From the NCBI GenBank assembly GCA_016711215.1, contig JADJTL010000003.1:256709-320708 (forward strand): 64,000 bases of DNA, written 5' to 3'. The stretch's first letter is position 1; the number at the start of each line of letters is the position of its first letter. Below the pieces are notes generated by a model. It saw only the letters and a program-made list of their open reading frames with translations. It was not told the origin of the DNA and ran no database searches. This document shows positions 48,950 through 57,744 of the stretch, piece after piece. A program made the translations under genes and the position numbers. Origin of the DNA: Pseudomonadota bacterium (lineage in GTDB: Bacteria > Myxococcota_A > Polyangia > GCA-2747355).

Positions 48950-49143
48950 CGCTCCGTCGGCAGCGCGCGCGGCTCGCCGACCAACTCCTTCAGTCCATAG
49001 CGTCGCCAGCCCTGCAGCAGCAGGAGGCGCTCGGCCTCGATCCAATCCTCGAGGCTGGCGCCGTCGCGCGCGCCGCGATCGATCCAGAGCTGATAGGCGC
49101 GCTCACGGATGGCTTGTTCGTCGAGGACTCTGAGCGTGGCCAT
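48928..49143 (-). CDS. DUF2934-family small protein
   Basis: IRERAYQLWIDRGARDGASLEDWIEAERLLL matches the DUF2934 core. Start chosen at MATLRVL. Confidence 0.5.
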   Translation of the reverse strand: MATLRVLDEQAIRERAYQLWIDRGARDGASLEDWIEAERLLLLQGWRRYGLKELVGEPRALPTERYSLPGK

Positions 49144-49199
49144 GCGCGACTCCCGCCTGCCGTCCCCGGGGCCGGCTCCGGCACGGGTCATTCCTCGGA

Positions 49200-49703
49200 T
49201 TAATCGACCAACGTCGCCGTCTCGATCACGACGTCTTTCTGCGGGCAATCCTGGCTGAAGGGGCCGCGGCTGCCCGTGGGCACCGCCTTGATCTTATCGA
49301 CGACCTCCATCCCCGCGCTGACGCGCCCGACCACGGCGTAGCCGTACTTCTCCGGCGTCTTGCCCTTGTGGTCGAGGAAGGCGTTGTCTGCCACGTTGAT
49401 GAAGAACTGCGACGTGGCGCTATCGACCTCGGAGGTGCGCGCCATCGCCACCGTGCCATTCAGGTTCTTCAGACCATTCGCGGCCTCGTTGGCGATCGGG
49501 GCGCGCGTCGGCCGCTTGCGCAGCTGCGCATCGTAGCCGCCGCCCTGAATCATGAAGCCGTCGATCACCCGATGAAAGATCGTGCCGTCGTAGTGCTTGG
49601 CCTGCACGTAGTCGACCATGTTCTTGGCCGAAACGGGCGCCTTCTCGTCATCGAGCTCGAGCATGATCTCGCCGAGGCTCGTGACCAACTTGACCTTGCG
49701 CAT
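49200..49703 (-). CDS. ppiB: Cyclophilin-type peptidyl-prolyl cis-trans isomerase
   Basis: HYDGTIFHRVIDGFMIQGGG...SQFFINV...FLDHK. Canonical cyclophilin motifs. Start at MRKVKLV. Confidence 0.85.
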   Translation of the reverse strand: MRKVKLVTSLGEIMLELDDEKAPVSAKNMVDYVQAKHYDGTIFHRVIDGFMIQGGGYDAQLRKRPTRAPIANEAANGLKNLNGTVAMARTSEVDSATSQFFINVADNAFLDHKGKTPEKYGYAVVGRVSAGMEVVDKIKAVPTGSRGPFSQDCPQKDVVIETATLVD

Positions 49704-49857
49704 GCGTCCTCCCGGAAAAAGCGTGTGCGGCAGCATTCCAGAGCTGAGGGTCGGACGCAAGCGGGAGCCGCTGCGCGACTGGCGGGCTGCGGCGACTGGC
49801 GGGCTGCCGCCGCCCCTCCAGCGGCCGGGAGCACGCGCATTGCTTCACGCGGGGGCC

Positions 49858-50796
49858 TCAGATCACGGCGGCGACGGAGCGCCCCTCATGAACGCTGCGA
49901 ATCACCCCGGCGAGCAGGCCCGCTACCGAAACCACGGTGATCTTGTCGATCTGCTTCTCCTGGGGCAGCGGGATCGTATCGCTGGTGATCAGCTCCATGA
50001 CCTTGGAGCGATTCAAGCGCTCGACGCCGGAGCCCGAGAGCACTGGGTGCGTCACCGCCGCGCGCACCGTGCGGGCACCGCTGGTAACGAGCAAATCGGC
50101 CGCCTCGGTGATCGTCGCGCCCGTATCGATGATGTCGTCGACGAGGACGCAGTCGCGTCCCTTGACCTCGCCGACCAGCCGCATCGACTTCATCTTCGAG
50201 GGCGCGCCGCGGCGGCGGTCGATCATCGCGATCGAGCCGGCCATGCCCTTGGCGATCTCGCCGGCGCGTTCGACGCCACCCGCGTCCGGCGCCACGACCA
50301 CCGGCTCCTCGAGCTTCAGCGCGCAGAGGTGGTCGATCAAGATGCGCGCGCTGCGCTGCAGGTGGTCGACGGGCACATCGAAGAAGCCCGGAATCTGCCG
50401 CGCATGCAGGTCGATGGTGATCACGCGATCGACGCCGACGGCGGCCAGCAGCGTGGCGACGACCTTGGCCGAGATCGGCCCGCGCTTGCCATCGAGGTGA
50501 TCCTGTCGGCTATAGCCGAAATACGGGATCACGGCGTGAACCCGCGCGGCCGAAGCGCGTCTACACGCGTCGATCAGCAGGAGCAGCTCCATGATGTGAT
50601 CGTTGCCCGGATAGCAGGTCGACTGCACCACGAAGACATCGTGCGCCCGCACGCTCTCGTTGAGCGCGATGCTGACCTCGCCGTCGGAGAAGCGCTTGAC
50701 ATGGGCGTCACCGAGGGGAACGCCCAGCTCCCGGGCGATCCGATGCGCCAAGGCGGGATTGGAGCTGCCGGAGAAGACCTTGGGTGCTAACGACAT
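49858..50796 (-). CDS. prs: Ribose-phosphate pyrophosphokinase
   Basis: KVFSGSSNPALAHRIARELGVPLGDAHVKRFSDGEV...PYFGYSRQD...VLVDDIIDTGATI. Start at ATG 50796. The upstream ORF extension to 51621 was rejected. Confidence 0.9.
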   Translation of the reverse strand: MSLAPKVFSGSSNPALAHRIARELGVPLGDAHVKRFSDGEVSIALNESVRAHDVFVVQSTCYPGNDHIMELLLLIDACRRASAARVHAVIPYFGYSRQDHLDGKRGPISAKVVATLLAAVGVDRVITIDLHARQIPGFFDVPVDHLQRSARILIDHLCALKLEEPVVVAPDAGGVERAGEIAKGMAGSIAMIDRRRGAPSKMKSMRLVGEVKGRDCVLVDDIIDTGATITEAADLLVTSGARTVRAAVTHPVLSGSGVERLNRSKVMELITSDTIPLPQEKQIDKITVVSVAGLLAGVIRSVHEGRSVAAVI

Positions 50797-51078
50797 CGAA
50801 GCTCCTTGCGGATCGCGGGCGATGATCAAACCGCACACCGGACGCTGACCGCTCCCCGGCGGCGCGGCATTGTTGCCGGGCCACGGGTCGCGACGCAAGG
50901 ACCTCGCGCGCGGGGTGTCGCGCGCGGGGCGCTCGCGAGCGCCCCGCGCGGGCCGGCAGCCGCAGGGGCGCGTTGACGCGCTCGCGGCGCTGGCAGCAAC
51001 ATCGGCCGGTAATCCCGATCGGGCCGTCCCGGCGCGCTCGCCCCCTCCGCGAGCTCGCCGATCGGGGGAGGGGAAGTC

Positions 51079-51780
51079 GTGCCAACTCGACGCGTGCGCC
51101 AGCTCAAGCTGCCCGTCACCGGACCCCAAAGCCTGGAGGCGCTGCTGACCCGGGCCGGGGCCCTGCAGGGGGCGACGATCGGCGCGGTAGCCGCTCGTTG
51201 CGGGGTCTCGCTCGAGCGCGGTAGGGCCGGCCATAAGGGCCGCGTCGGCGAGCTGATCGAGCGCGCCCTCGGCGCCAGCGCGCAAAGCCTCGACCTGCCC
51301 GACTTCCCGCAGCTCGGCGTCGAGCTCAAGACGGTACCGCTCGATGCGCTGGGGCGGGTGCGCGAGTCGACCTTCGTCTGCACGATCGACCTGCTGCGGG
51401 CTGCCGACGAAGTATGGGAGGGCTCGCGCTTGTGGAGCAAGCTGCGCTGCGTCCTCTGGGTACCGGTCGAGCCGGCGGGCAGCGCGCCGCTGGCGCTGCG
51501 GCGCCTTGGACGCGCGCTGCTGTGGCGGCCGAGCGCCGCGGAGGAGGCCCTGCTGAGGGCCGATTGGACGGCGCTGATCGGGCTGATCGCGGTCGGCGGC
51601 GTCGAGGAGCTGAGCGCCCACCTCGGCGAGGCCCTACAGGTGCGGCCCAAGGCGGCCGACGGACGGGCGCGGACGAGCGCCCGCGGTCCTGATGGCGAGG
51701 CGCTCGCGGCGATGCCGCGCGCCTTCTACCTGCGTGCGCGCTTCACGGAAGCGCTGCTCTGGTCGCTGACGGCCCGCTGA
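51079..51780 (+). CDS. mutH: MutH-family GATC-specific endonuclease (DNA mismatch repair protein MutH homolog)
   Basis: Near full-length collinear similarity to E. coli MutH as I recall it. Active-site region DLPDFPQLGVELKTVPLDALGRVRESTFVCT. Then LRCVLWVPVE...LALRRLGRALLWRPSAAEEALLRADW...GEALQVRPKAADGRA...MPRAFYLRARFTEALL. 233 aa. Confidence 0.75.
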   Translation: MPTRRVRQLKLPVTGPQSLEALLTRAGALQGATIGAVAARCGVSLERGRAGHKGRVGELIERALGASAQSLDLPDFPQLGVELKTVPLDALGRVRESTFVCTIDLLRAADEVWEGSRLWSKLRCVLWVPVEPAGSAPLALRRLGRALLWRPSAAEEALLRADWTALIGLIAVGGVEELSAHLGEALQVRPKAADGRARTSARGPDGEALAAMPRAFYLRARFTEALLWSLTAR

Positions 51781-51898
51781 CCGCTGGCTGACGCTGCGCG
51801 ATCCGCGGCGGGGCAGTTTTCACGCTGCGAGCCCCACGAAAGCTGTGCTAGGTCAAACCTCCCCCACGAACGGTTCAAACCGCAGCGAGCAGCGAGAG

Positions 51899-52858
51899 AT
51901 GGAGGCAGGGATGGGCAACGACTGGAACGCACTGCTGGTCGAAGATCACGAGCGCACAGAGCGCGTATTGGCGGCGATGGAGAAGGCGTTCGCCGCGCCG
52001 CAAGCGCCCGCGCCGGCGCTGGTCGAGCAGCTGCGCAGGTATCTATGCCAATACGTCGAGCAATGCCACAACCGCAAGGAGGAGGAGCACCTCTTCCCCC
52101 GGCTCGAGGCGCGGGGGCTACCGCGCGCCGGCGGCCCGCTGGCGGTGATGCTGGCCGAGCACGAGCAGGTACGCGAGCACCTGGCGCGGCTCGACCCCCT
52201 GGCCCGCGCCTACAGCGCCGGCGACAGCGGTCAGCTCGCGCCGCTGCGCGTCGTCTTCACCGACTACGCCGCGCTGTGCAAGAGCCACTTCTGGAAGGAG
52301 AACGACATCCTCTATCCGATGGCGCGGCGGCTGCTCGATCCAAGCGACGCCGAGGCTGTCGTCACCGGGATTGAGCAGCTCGAGCGGGCGCTCGCGCCGG
52401 CGAGCCGAGCGTCCTACTACGCGCTGGCTGACGAGATCATCGCCGCGAGCGCGCTGCGCGACCTCTCCTTCAACCTCGATCCAGAGGTGATGGCGGCGCT
52501 GCTCAACACGCTGCCGCTGGAGCTCTCGTTCGTCGACCACGAGGATACTGTGCGCTACTTTAGCCACGAGCTGGCACCCAAGATCTTCCCGCGGACCCGC
52601 GGTGCGATCGGCACCAAGGTCCAAGACTGCCACCCCGCCCACAGTGTGGATCTGGTCGAACGCATTCTCGCCGATTTCAAGGCCGGGCGCCGCGAGGTCG
52701 CAGCGTTCTGGATCGACCTCAACGGACGCAAGATCCACATTCGCTACTGGCCGGTCCGCGACCCGCAGGGGCGCTATCTCGGCTGCCTCGAAACGGTGCA
52801 GGACGTCACCGGCATCCAGCAGCTCGTCGGCCAGCACCGCCTCCTGGACGAGCAGTAG
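51899..52858 (+). CDS. Hemerythrin-like metal-binding domain protein fused to a DUF438 domain
   Basis: N-terminal HHE-type helical bundle (LLVEDHERTERVL...CHNRKEEEHLFPRLEA...MLAEHEQVREHL...DILYPMARR). C-terminal LSFVDHEDTVRYFSHE...CHPAHSVD typical of DUF438. Start at ATG 51899 behind a GAGAGA Shine-Dalgarno-like sequence. Confidence 0.65.
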   Translation: MEAGMGNDWNALLVEDHERTERVLAAMEKAFAAPQAPAPALVEQLRRYLCQYVEQCHNRKEEEHLFPRLEARGLPRAGGPLAVMLAEHEQVREHLARLDPLARAYSAGDSGQLAPLRVVFTDYAALCKSHFWKENDILYPMARRLLDPSDAEAVVTGIEQLERALAPASRASYYALADEIIAASALRDLSFNLDPEVMAALLNTLPLELSFVDHEDTVRYFSHELAPKIFPRTRGAIGTKVQDCHPAHSVDLVERILADFKAGRREVAAFWIDLNGRKIHIRYWPVRDPQGRYLGCLETVQDVTGIQQLVGQHRLLDEQ

Positions 52859-53085
52859 GCCGCGCGGGCCCGTCCCTCCGCCCCGGGCGAAGCGTGGTCA
52901 GGGCGTCTCGATGCCTTCGGCCATGACCTCGGCGCCGTCGCCGCGGCTCGCCTCGAACTTTCGCGAATAAACTTGTCGGCTTGCGCTGATCTCTCGCCCC
53001 GCGGCGATCGCGCCGATCTTTCTCTTTTACCACTAATGTAAGCGTCCGTACTGTTGCTTTACCGATTATAACCATGGAGGCCACG

Positions 53086-56000
53086 ATGTCCCACCCTCTA
53101 CGCTTCGGCGCTTCGCTCTCGGGTCGTGTGGCGGGCATCGCTCGGATCGTCGCGCTCCTGGGGCTCGGCTCGCTCTTCGGCTGCGAGGCGCTCGAGAACG
53201 ACGCCGCCCTGCAGCCGCCGGTGGTGAGCGTGACGGCCCAGACGGCGATGAACAGCGACAACGCGATGAACGCGATGAACGCGATGAACGCGATGAACGC
53301 GATGAACGCGATGAACGCGATGAACGCGATGAACAGCATCAACCTCGGCACGACCGGCGTGATGAGCAGCGCGGTGGCCGACCTCGGCAAGCTGAGCTTC
53401 GGGCAGGTCAACCTGCTCTGCCCGCCGACGCGCTTTCCCTACACCCTCCCCAGCGCGCTGCCCGACGGCTCCCGCGACGTGAACGTGGTGCTGCCGCGCT
53501 GGATCGTGATGAAGCAGCAGTTCGAGCGCGTCTACGAGGCCTGTTGTGCGACGCCACCCTGCAGCAACAGCTGTCCGGCGCTCAAGGTCGCGATCGGCGA
53601 GGACTTCGACGGCAACGGCTCCGCCGAGACGACGGTCAACTACGAGGTCTTCAGCGGCATCGGGCTGGCCTGCGCCGACAAGGCCTACCGGCCCTTCCTG
53701 CTGCACCCGATCAATGGCCCCGAGGTGCAGGCGTTGAACGCCAACGGGACCATCCCCACCTTCAAGACCTACTTCCGCTACCTCTGCATGAAGACCTACG
53801 ACGTCGCCCAGGGCAAAGAGGTCTACGTCTGCGGCAAAGGACGCCTCGCGGACGGCATCAGCGGCTACGCGGTCAAGAAGGACACGCTCTCGCCCCGACC
53901 GATCTACGCCAAGGCGCTGACCTGGGGTGAGAACACCTGGGGCGCGCACTTCCAGTTCGTCAAGGGCCACATCGGGTCGATCGTCGAGCGCCAGCAGCAC
54001 AACATCAGCCCGGCGGGCTACGCCCTGGATGACGCCTGGGGGCTCAATCCGCTCGACAAGCACAGCGACAACGTGACGAGCAAGGAGCCCGACTACTTGG
54101 CGGCGGTGGCGCTGAAGACGGCGACGAGCCGCTCCGGCGTGGCCGTCAGCCCCTACAACTGGGCCAACGCGACGGGCGCCAAGGCCTTCAACACGGGCGA
54201 GCTCAACCAATGCGAGGCGGGCTACGCCGCCACGCCCGATCTAGCGTCGAAGGGCACAGTGGAGAACGGCCTGCTGCTCAACCTCTCGGTGGCGCAGTGG
54301 TATCAGGACAACTGCCGCTGGAGTCAGGACTGGGGCCTCCCCGTGCTGGCCGCCCAGAACGTCGGCAACGGCTGCAGCGTCTTCCCGACCGGCACCGCCG
54401 CCAACCAGGCGCTGATGGGGATCAACCTCGGCGACAGCACGCCGCGCCGCTGCCCGAGCTTCATCACCTGCGAGCCCGGCCAGGCCTGCTGCATCGGAAA
54501 GTTCGGCACCGGTAGCAGCGCCACCTGCACCGTCAAGACGGACGGCCGGGTCTGGTGCTGGGGCCAAGACTACGGCGCAACGCCGAGCGAGCCGATCCGC
54601 ACCGCTTCGGGGACGCTCGAGGGCGCTCTGGAGGTGAGCATGGGCTCACTGCACGCCTGTGCGCGGCGGTCGGACGGCACCGTCTGGTGCTGGGGGCGCA
54701 ACACCTACGGTCAGCTCGGCGACGGCACCACCTCCTCCTCCGTGACGGCGGTGCAGGTCAGCGGGCTGACCGCCGTGGAGGAACTCACGGTTGGCGGTAG
54801 CCACGGCTGCGCACGCCAGCGCGACGGCGCCGTGCGCTGCTGGGGCTTCAACGCCCGCGGACAGCTCGGCGACGGCACCACCACCAACCGCAGCGCGCCC
54901 GTCCCGGTCGGCGGGGCTCTGACCGAGGTCGCCCAGCTTGCGGCCGCCGCATACCATACCTGCGCGCGGCTCGCGACCGGCGCTGTGCGCTGCTGGGGCT
55001 ACAATTCCTATGGCCAACTCGGTGACGGCACCACCACCGACCGCGGTGTACCGGTTGCGGTGGCAGGGCTGAGCGGCGTCGCCGATATCGCCGGCGGAGA
55101 GCACCATAGCTGCGCGCGGCTGGCGACGGGCACGCTGCGCTGCTGGGGCTACAACTACTACGGCCAGCTCGGCGACGGCTCGACAACCAACCGAAAAACA
55201 CCGGTGACGGTAAGCGGTCTGAGCGGCGTCACGGAGGTCTCGCTCGGTGGGTCCTTTGGCTGTGCACGCCTGACCGACGGCATGCTGCGCTGCTGGGGCC
55301 AGAACACCTACGGCCAGCTCGGCGACGGCTCGGCGTTTACCAGCAAGACGCCCCTACTCGCCAGCGTCGTCCGCTGCGACGCACAGGACGGCCTCTGCGG
55401 CAAGAATGAAGACCAGGCCACCAGCCCAGCAGACTGCAGGGCGACGAGCTGCGGTGACGGGAAGTGCGGCGGTGAGGAAGCACCGCTCACCTGTCCGGCC
55501 GATTGCGCCGCGGGCCTTGAGCTGCCACGCAGGCTCGGCTGGTACCACAGCTGCGCGCGGGTCAACGACGGCACGCTGCGCTGCTGGGGAAATAACGCCC
55601 GCGGTCAGCTCGGCGACGGCTCTGTGCTCGCCCGCCACATCGCGGGTCAGGTCAGCAGCCTCGCCAACGTGAGCCAGTTCGCCGTGGGCGACGACCACGG
55701 CTGCGCAGTCCTAGCCGGCGGTACCGTGCACTGTTGGGGCTACAATTACGATGGCCAGCTCGGCGACGGCTCGACCACCAACCGCACGACGCCCGTGGCC
55801 ATCAGCGGCCTGAGCGGGGTCGCCGACGTCGCGCTCGGCGCGTCCCATAGCTGCGCGCGCCTGACCGACGGCACCGTGCGCTGCTGGGGCAGAAACATCC
55901 AGGGGCAGCTCGGCGACGGATCCACCACGGACCGTCGGACACCCGTGGCCGTTTCCGGTCTGAGCGGGGTCGCCGAGCTCGTGCTCGGAGGGTCGCATGG

Positions 56001-56810
56001 CTGCGCACGGCTGACCGACGGCACCGTGCGCTGCTGGGGAAGCAATTACATGGGCCAGCTCGGCGACGGCACGACCGTCAATGGACTGACCCCGTCGCCG
56101 TCAGTGGCCTCAGCGGCGTGGCGACCCTCGCGCTCGGGCAAACCCACACGTGCGCGCGGCTGACCAACGGCACCGTGCGCTGCTGGGGCTACAATGCCTC
56201 CGGCCGACTCGGCGACGGATCGACCACCAACAGCTCGACGCCGGTCACCGTCCTCGGTCTGAGCAACGCCAGCACGCTCGCTCTCGGCAATGCCCACAGC
56301 TGCGCGCGACTGACCAACGGCACCCTGCGCTGTTGGGGCTACAATGCCTCCGGCCAGCTTGGTGATGGCACGACAACCTCGCGCGAAACGCCGGTCGCGG
56401 TCGCCCAACTGAGTCGCGTAACAGCCGTCGCCGCCGGCGTCTACCACACCTGCGCGCAGCTGAGCACGGGCCTGCTCCGCTGCTGGGGGCAGGGCGCGAA
56501 TGGCCAGCTCGGGACCGCCGCCTTCGGAACGATGGCGCTCACCCCCGCGGCACCCTCGATGTGTGGCGATGGCGTCTGCGAGTTCGCGGAGAAGCTCTTT
56601 GGCAGCTGCGCCGCCGACTGCACGCCGCTGCTCGGTGACTGCGTCTGCGACCCCCTCCTGGAGGATCTCAGCAACAGCCCGGCCGACTGCGACCCCAACC
56701 GTAGCTGTCAGCCGCGGCTGCAATGCAACGACGGCCACTGCGACACCGCCGCCGGAGAGACCTGCAAGAGCTGCTCGGGCGCCAACACCGACTGCGGTCC
56801 CTGCGCCTGA
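53086..56810 (+). CDS. Large secreted RCC1-repeat protein with N-terminal (Asn-Ala-Met)8 repeat, an uncharacterised 400-aa domain, more than 14 RCC1 beta-propeller blades and myxo-type Cys-rich repeats. The reading frame is interrupted by a 1-nt frameshift near 56090
   Basis: Signal peptide with Cys. (GCGATGAAC)n encodes NAMNAM... Repeated blades such as GTVWCWGRNTYGQLGDGTT...PV.VSGLSGV. Cys-rich repeats (CGDGKCGGEEAPLTCPADC; CGDGVCEFAEKLFGSCAADC). Frame A ends at 56163. The RCC1 blades continue without a break in the +2 frame from about 56090 to 56810. Confidence 0.7.
53261..53336. repeat. 9-bp tandem repeat (AACGCGATG) x about 8, encoding (NAM)n
   Basis: Direct reading. Confidence 0.9.
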
Positions 56811-56824
56811 GGAAGCGCGGGCCG

Positions 56825-57744
56825 CTAGGTCGGCCAGGCCGGCGAACGGAGCTGCTTGCGGAGGATGGCGCGGTTGCCCTCCGCGTTGAAGCTCAGGCGG
56901 TCGACCGAGAGCTGGGCGAGCAGGATCCCGCGCCCATGCGCGGCCAGCAGGTTGTCGGGATCGGTCGGGTCCGGCAGCCCCTGCCAGTTGAAACCCGAGC
57001 CCTCGTCCGCGACCTCGATCTCGAGGCTATCGACGAGGCGCCGAATCGTCAGCCGGGCGTGCCGGGCCGCGTAAGGTAGCTCCGCCGCGCGGGCAGCCAG
57101 GACCTGAGGCAAGGTGCCCAGCTCCAGGGCTCGCGCCTTCTCGGCGAAGGTCAGGCCAAGATTGCCGTGCTCGACGGCGTTGAGCACCACCTCGCGCAGC
57201 GCCAGGTTCAGCTCGACGAGCTGCGGCTGCGGCAAGTCGGCGGCGCAGGTGCTGAGCACCACATCGACGAAGGCCGGGATCGCCTCGAGGTCATTGCCGA
57301 GCTCGAAGATCCAGCTGTGCTCGAGCAGGCGCGCCGCCCGCGGGAGACGCACGCGCTCGCGCCGCGCCAGCTCGCGCGCGGCCTCCATCCGCAGCAGGGC
57401 CGCGCTCAGGTCCTCAAGCCGCACCGGCTTCTTGATGAAGTCGATCACCCCAGCGCGCAGCGCCACGATCACGAGCTGCTCGCTGCCGTGGCCGGTAATC
57501 ACGGTGATCGGCGTGGCCGGCGAGAGCTCGCGAATCGCCACCGCCAACGAAAGGCCATCCCCTCGCGGCATCCGCACGTCAGTGATCACCATGTCGGGCT
57601 GCGCGCTGCGAAAAAGCGCCAACCCTCCTCAGCGTCGCCGCCGGTGACGACCTCGTAGCCCTCGTCGCTGAGCAGCGCGCCGAGCTCCTGCCGCACGAGC
57701 GGCTCGTCATCGACCAGGAGGATCTTCGCTCGGGCCATCGTCAT
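56825..57744 (-). CDS. Response regulator (REC) fused to a GHKL/anti-sigma-regulatory-factor-like ATPase domain. The REC domain is split by a 1-nt frameshift near 57612
   Basis: The ORF at 57586..57792 encodes the REC N-terminus (MARAKILLVDDEPLVRQELGALLSDEGYEVVTGGDAEEG). The ORF at 56825..57622 continues the REC (ALFRSAQPDMVITDVRMPRGDGL...ITVITGHG...FIKKPV) and the C-terminal ATPase-like domain (LNAVEHGN...DEGSGF...GRGILLA). The frames join if one T or G is added in the GGTTGGCGC run. Confidence 0.6.

Noticed and set aside
49858-51621. 587-aa ORF extension upstream of prs
   Set aside because: Only the C-terminal 313 aa match ribose-phosphate pyrophosphokinase. The upstream 270 aa are Arg/Ala-rich and overlap the divergent mutH promoter region, so the start was set at ATG 50796.
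52985-53075. AT-rich stretch as a possible insertion-sequence end or integration site
   Set aside because: No inverted repeats, transposase or integrase genes are nearby. It is better explained as the promoter of the RCC1 gene.
52806-53411. Minus-strand ORF encoding an (FIA)n repeat
   Set aside because: It is the reverse-complement reading of the (NAM)n 9-bp repeat inside the RCC1 gene and is not an independent gene.
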